From assembly GCF_009914755.1 (NCBI RefSeq), contig NC_060944.1: a DNA stretch of 64,000 nucleotides. One strand, 5' to 3'. Positions within the stretch are counted from its first letter, which is position 1, and every line of letters starts with the position of its first letter. Source of the DNA: the human T2T-CHM13v2.0 reference genome, Homo sapiens. Under the pieces are notes generated by a model. It searched no databases, was not told the origin of the DNA, and saw nothing but the letters and a program-made list of their open reading frames with translations. Shown piece after piece: positions 51,324 through 64,000 of this stretch. The translations under genes were made by a program, and so were the position numbers.

Positions 51324-51410
51324 TGCCCGCTCGGCCCGGCGCTCCTGGAGCTGCGAGCCGCGACCGCCGGGAGCGCACCTGCCCCGCCTCCGCCAGGCGG
51401 TCCGCGGGGC

Positions 51411-51590
51411 ATGCAGCGGACCGGGGGCGGGGCTCCGAGGCCCGGGCGCAACCACGGGCTCCCAGGCAGCCTCCGCCAGCCGGACCCCGTCGCCCTCCTG
51501 ATGCTGCTCGTGGACGCTGATCAGCCGGAGCCCATGCGCAGCGGGGCGCGCGAGCTCGCGCTCTTCCTGACCCCCGAGCCTGGGGCCGAG
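51411..51590 (+). CDS. BCAS4: Breast carcinoma amplified sequence 4, coding exon 1 (cappuccino/BLOC1S4-related protein)
   Basis: MQRTGGGAPRPGRNHGLPGSLRQPDPVALLMLLVDADQPEPMRSGARELALFLTPEPGAE, then donor GAG/GTAGGG (phase 0); matches the BCAS4 N-terminus. Confidence 0.93.
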
Positions 51591-52344
51591 GTAGGGGACG
51601 GGGCTGTGGAGTTGGAGGAGAGGGTTCTCGCGGTTAGGGGTCCGGGCTCCGGACCCTCGGCTTCCCCGGAGCATCCTCTCGCTCCCGGAGTGGGGGGCCC
51701 GGGGATTCCCCCCTTCCTGAAGGGTGGCTGCGGGGCGCCACGCAGAGATGTGCAGCGGGTCGTCCCTGCTCGCTCCTCCGGGCGACACCGGGCCCCGGAG
51801 GCCCAGGCTCGCTTTCCCTCCCCACCCGGGTCCCCCAGCATCCGCCGGGTCCTCAGGCGCCGCCCTTTGCCAGGCCGGCCCTGGGAGAGGCGGACCCCGG
51901 GACCTCTGCTGCCCCGGCTACCTCCGAGCGGTGCCCGGGCCGAGCGGCGCCTCAGGCTGCGGCTGTGCGGGCCGCGCTGCGCTGCTGCAGCTCGGAGCGA
52001 AAACACCACGCCTCTGTCTGCGCTTTCTATTTTAAAAGCACCAAGTGAAAAGCAGATCTAAAACGAGACCCTCTACCTTCCGGCTGGAGGCATCTGTCGA
52101 CGCTGTTGTGAAAAAGTTATTTGTCTGAGTTCACTAGGAGTTATTTACGGTCAGAAATTCAACCCATTCTCTTTTTAAACCACAAAAGCAGTACAGGAGT
52201 ATTTAACATAAAGGCTATGCACCCCTTTCTCTTTTCTCTCCCACCCCAATTCTAGTTTTCTTAGAAAACCAGCATTAACTGTTTGGTATAAATCATTCCG
52301 GACATTTAAAATGCATTTACAAATGTAGATATCTGTATCTGCCT

Positions 52345-53578
<1,234 letters not shown>

Positions 53579-53644
53579 TGAAACCTCACTTGCTGCTGTA
53601 ATACTGTCCTGCAACTTGCTTTTCTTTACTCAAAATAGCATGGA

Positions 53645-53825
53645 AAAATGTGTGGGGACTACTAATGGGAAGGTATGGGGCTTCGTTTTGGTGTAATGAA
53701 CATGTTCTGGATGTTAGATAGTTGTGTTGGTTGCACAAATTTGTGAATATACTGAAAACTGCTGAATCGTACACTTTGAAAGGGTGAATTTTGTGGTTTG
53801 TGAATTATATCTCAATTTAAAAAAA
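53645..53825 (+). mobile_element. Short 5'-truncated L1MB-type 3' end
   Basis: GTGAATTATATCTCAATTTAAAAAAA; flanking repeat AAAATAGCATGGA. Confidence 0.75.
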
Positions 53826-54039
53826 TAGCATGGAGGCAGGGTACAGTGGCTTATGCCTGTAATTCCAGCGACTTAGGAAGCTGAGGTGGGAGGATCACTT
53901 GAGACCAGGAGTTCAAGACCAGTCTGGGCAACGCAGGGAAACCCCTGTCTCTACAAAAAAATGTTAAAATATAAAAAATTAAAAATAACACGAACAAAAA
54001 TTTAAAAATTAAAAATAACATGAGCATGTATCCATAAAC

Positions 54040-55145
<1,106 letters not shown>

Positions 55146-56195
55146 CTAGGTCTCCGTCACCCTCTGCCTTCCTAGTGTCCCATGATGAAATAGTAATTGC
55201 TCCCATTCCTGAGCACATACTGTGTGGCACCAGTTTGCTAAACTGTGTTCATGGCTTATGTCATTGTGTCACGGCAGTGACCTGGTGACTGGGATGGTGT
55301 TATGTTGATTTTATAGGTCAGCAAACAGAGGCTCTCATGGCATAAATGACTTCATGTGGATGGACCGTAATTTATGAATCATTCATAAATGGTTCAGGGC
55401 TGGTGCGTTTTGCCAGGCAGGGTCCTGGGGGAGGCTCCACGCTCCCCAAGCATACTTTGGTCTAGTGTCCCAGGGACTCAGGCACAGACATTTAGGTTGT
55501 CTGCGACTTTTCACTGCCTTTAGCATCCTGAGTGCATTTCTTGTTCCTTCTCTCCCTTACTCTCAGCAGCGACATGTCATTGTGCCCAGTGGCTAAGCCC
55601 CAGCTTCATTTTGTCTCTATTAGGAATAGTCTTTAAGAGAAACTGCGTGTATTCATTTCATTTTCTCACTCAGGGCTGTCTTTAACTCAGTCACGGGTTT
55701 GCTTATGCTCATTTGTAAGGGATTTGTAATAAAGAGCCCCAACTCCCTGTAGCTCCATGCAGCCATAACCCACTGAAAGCACTTGTTGAAGTTTATTTAC
55801 CAAAAGAAACAGAAACTGCGCCAGAGCAGAGTCACATGCAGCCTCCACTTTTAAAGCTTAATTCATTACCAGATCCCCAAGCTGGAACAGTTTCCAGGTG
55901 GGCACATGAGCAGGAAAAGGAAAACCTAGTTTGCGAACAGACCTGGACAGCAGCCTCCTCCCAACCAGCCTGTCTCCCGGGGGCACTTTTGCCGCTTCCA
56001 TGGAGCAGCAGAAATCTCAGTCCAGCCAACCCCGGCCTTAGGGGGCCTGAGCCTCCCTGTGAAGTGGGGCCTGCTTCATTCAGCACCTTCAGCCTCGGTA
56101 TGTGCCAAGTCTTTCCTGGAGCTGGGGACGCCACAGGCAGTGAGACACATGAGGCCCTTCCCCTGTGGCACTGCCAGACAATAAACACATAACAA

Positions 56196-61740
<5,545 letters not shown>

Positions 61741-62053
61741 GTGTTTTAAAAACACAGATTGGCCAGAGACTTGAAGGCCACATTCAGCCCACAGACAGTT
61801 TTATTTGGCTGTCATAGTGTTTTTTAACTTATCAGGCTAGTTTTGAACATTTTCAAATCGAGAGAATTTGCATAAACATCTGGATTGCCATTTGTCTTGA
61901 ACAAAGCAGGGTTGGCATATCCCTACCTGGCACAAGCTGGGGCCCAGTAGCAGCCAGCCCATTTAAATAGGGCCTGGGGTCTCCTGTTTGCTACAGTCTC
62001 CACCCCTCCCTGTTGTCTCCCTGACCTGGAGGCTGAACATCAGCTGCTCTTTA

Positions 62054-62413
<360 letters not shown>

Positions 62414-63129
62414 GTGGGAAACTGAACATAAACAGTTTGCAGAAAGCAGTATTCAGCACAGCCCACTTCTCTTGTATTTATTACCTGCATGGCTTCGGTG
62501 TCATTTGAGTTTGGAGAGCCTAGTAGGGTCCTTTTAAATGGAGGTGGCATCTCACTGGGAGTGACCCAGAGAAGCGACTTACTAGACTTCCTTAGCTTCT
62601 GTCATGAGACAGAGTCTGTGGATTGTTTTTCTCACAATTTTCAAATGGGGAGTCAGAAGCACAGAGATGGTGAGAGGTGCAGTTGAGACCACACAGCATA
62701 AAATGCAAGGCTGGGACTAAGGCGCCGCCCAGGCTGCTGTTCTCAGGCCACAGCTCTTCCAGGCAGTACACGTCCTCCCCTTCCCTTCTCTCTCTTTCTC
62801 CCTTTCATCTTCCTTTCTTTTCTGCAGTGAATATTCATGAGCACTGTATTGATTACCAATCACTGGATAGCAAACTATCCCAAACCTTAGCAACTTCAAG
62901 CATCTGCCATTTCATAGGGTTCATGCATGAACTGCATTCAGCTGGAGGATTGGCCACCCTGGCAGTCCAGTATGGCCTTGCCCATGTGTCTAGCAGTTGG
63001 TGCTGGCTATTGGCTGGGACATCTCAGTTCTCCTCCATGTGGCCTCTCAACCTCTAGAGCCTCGCTCACTGGCCTCTACAGAAGAGTTGCCTGGACTTCT
63101 TTTTTTCTTAAATTTTATTATTATTATTT

Positions 63130-64000
<871 letters not shown>

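Larger units (their letters stand above)
50600..52110. promoter_or_regulatory. BCAS4: BCAS4 CpG island / promoter (core about 51270-52030)
   Basis: Dense CpG; GC boxes GGGGCGGG near 50849, 51284 and 51424; spans exon 1. Confidence 0.9.

Noticed and set aside
51146-52035. Overlapping Arg/Pro/Gly-rich ORFs on both strands
   Set aside because: Expected in a CpG island; no recognisable domain
51207-52061. 284-aa ORF spanning BCAS4 exon 1
   Set aside because: Starts at a non-ATG codon and runs through the 51591 donor; the extra length is stop-poor GC-rich island sequence. Only 51411-51590 is supported

Overview
Human (primate) genomic DNA, recognisable as the PARD6B-BCAS4 locus (20q13.13). It holds the end of PARD6B intron 2 and the terminal coding exon (6015-6844; semi-CRIB + PDZ + acidic tail) with a ~3.2 kb 3'UTR. 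A candidate alternative last exon at 13025 would encode a PB1-only Par6B. Then come ~38 kb of extremely Alu-dense intergenic DNA, the BCAS4 CpG-island promoter and coding exon 1 (51411-51590), and the first 12.4 kb of BCAS4 intron 1. By manual count there are roughly 95-100 Alu pieces, plus old L1M, L2, MIR, MLT1, MER57 and hAT/Tigger relics. Nearly all ORFs in the supplied track are Alu or GC-rich artefacts. I found no prokaryote-type or wholly new gene system. The best leads are: (i) a possible Alu-stem/CTCF-influenced last-exon switch giving a truncated Par6B; (ii) an AluYa5 that entered an older Alu's linker and fused to its left arm; (iii) an AT-rich palindromic VNTR grown from an Alu tail; (iv) several odd Alu rearrangements; (v) candidate AP-1/TEAD and TFCP2/GRHL enhancers and a 44-nt cryptic BCAS4 exon. 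Repeat subfamily names and boundaries are by-eye estimates.
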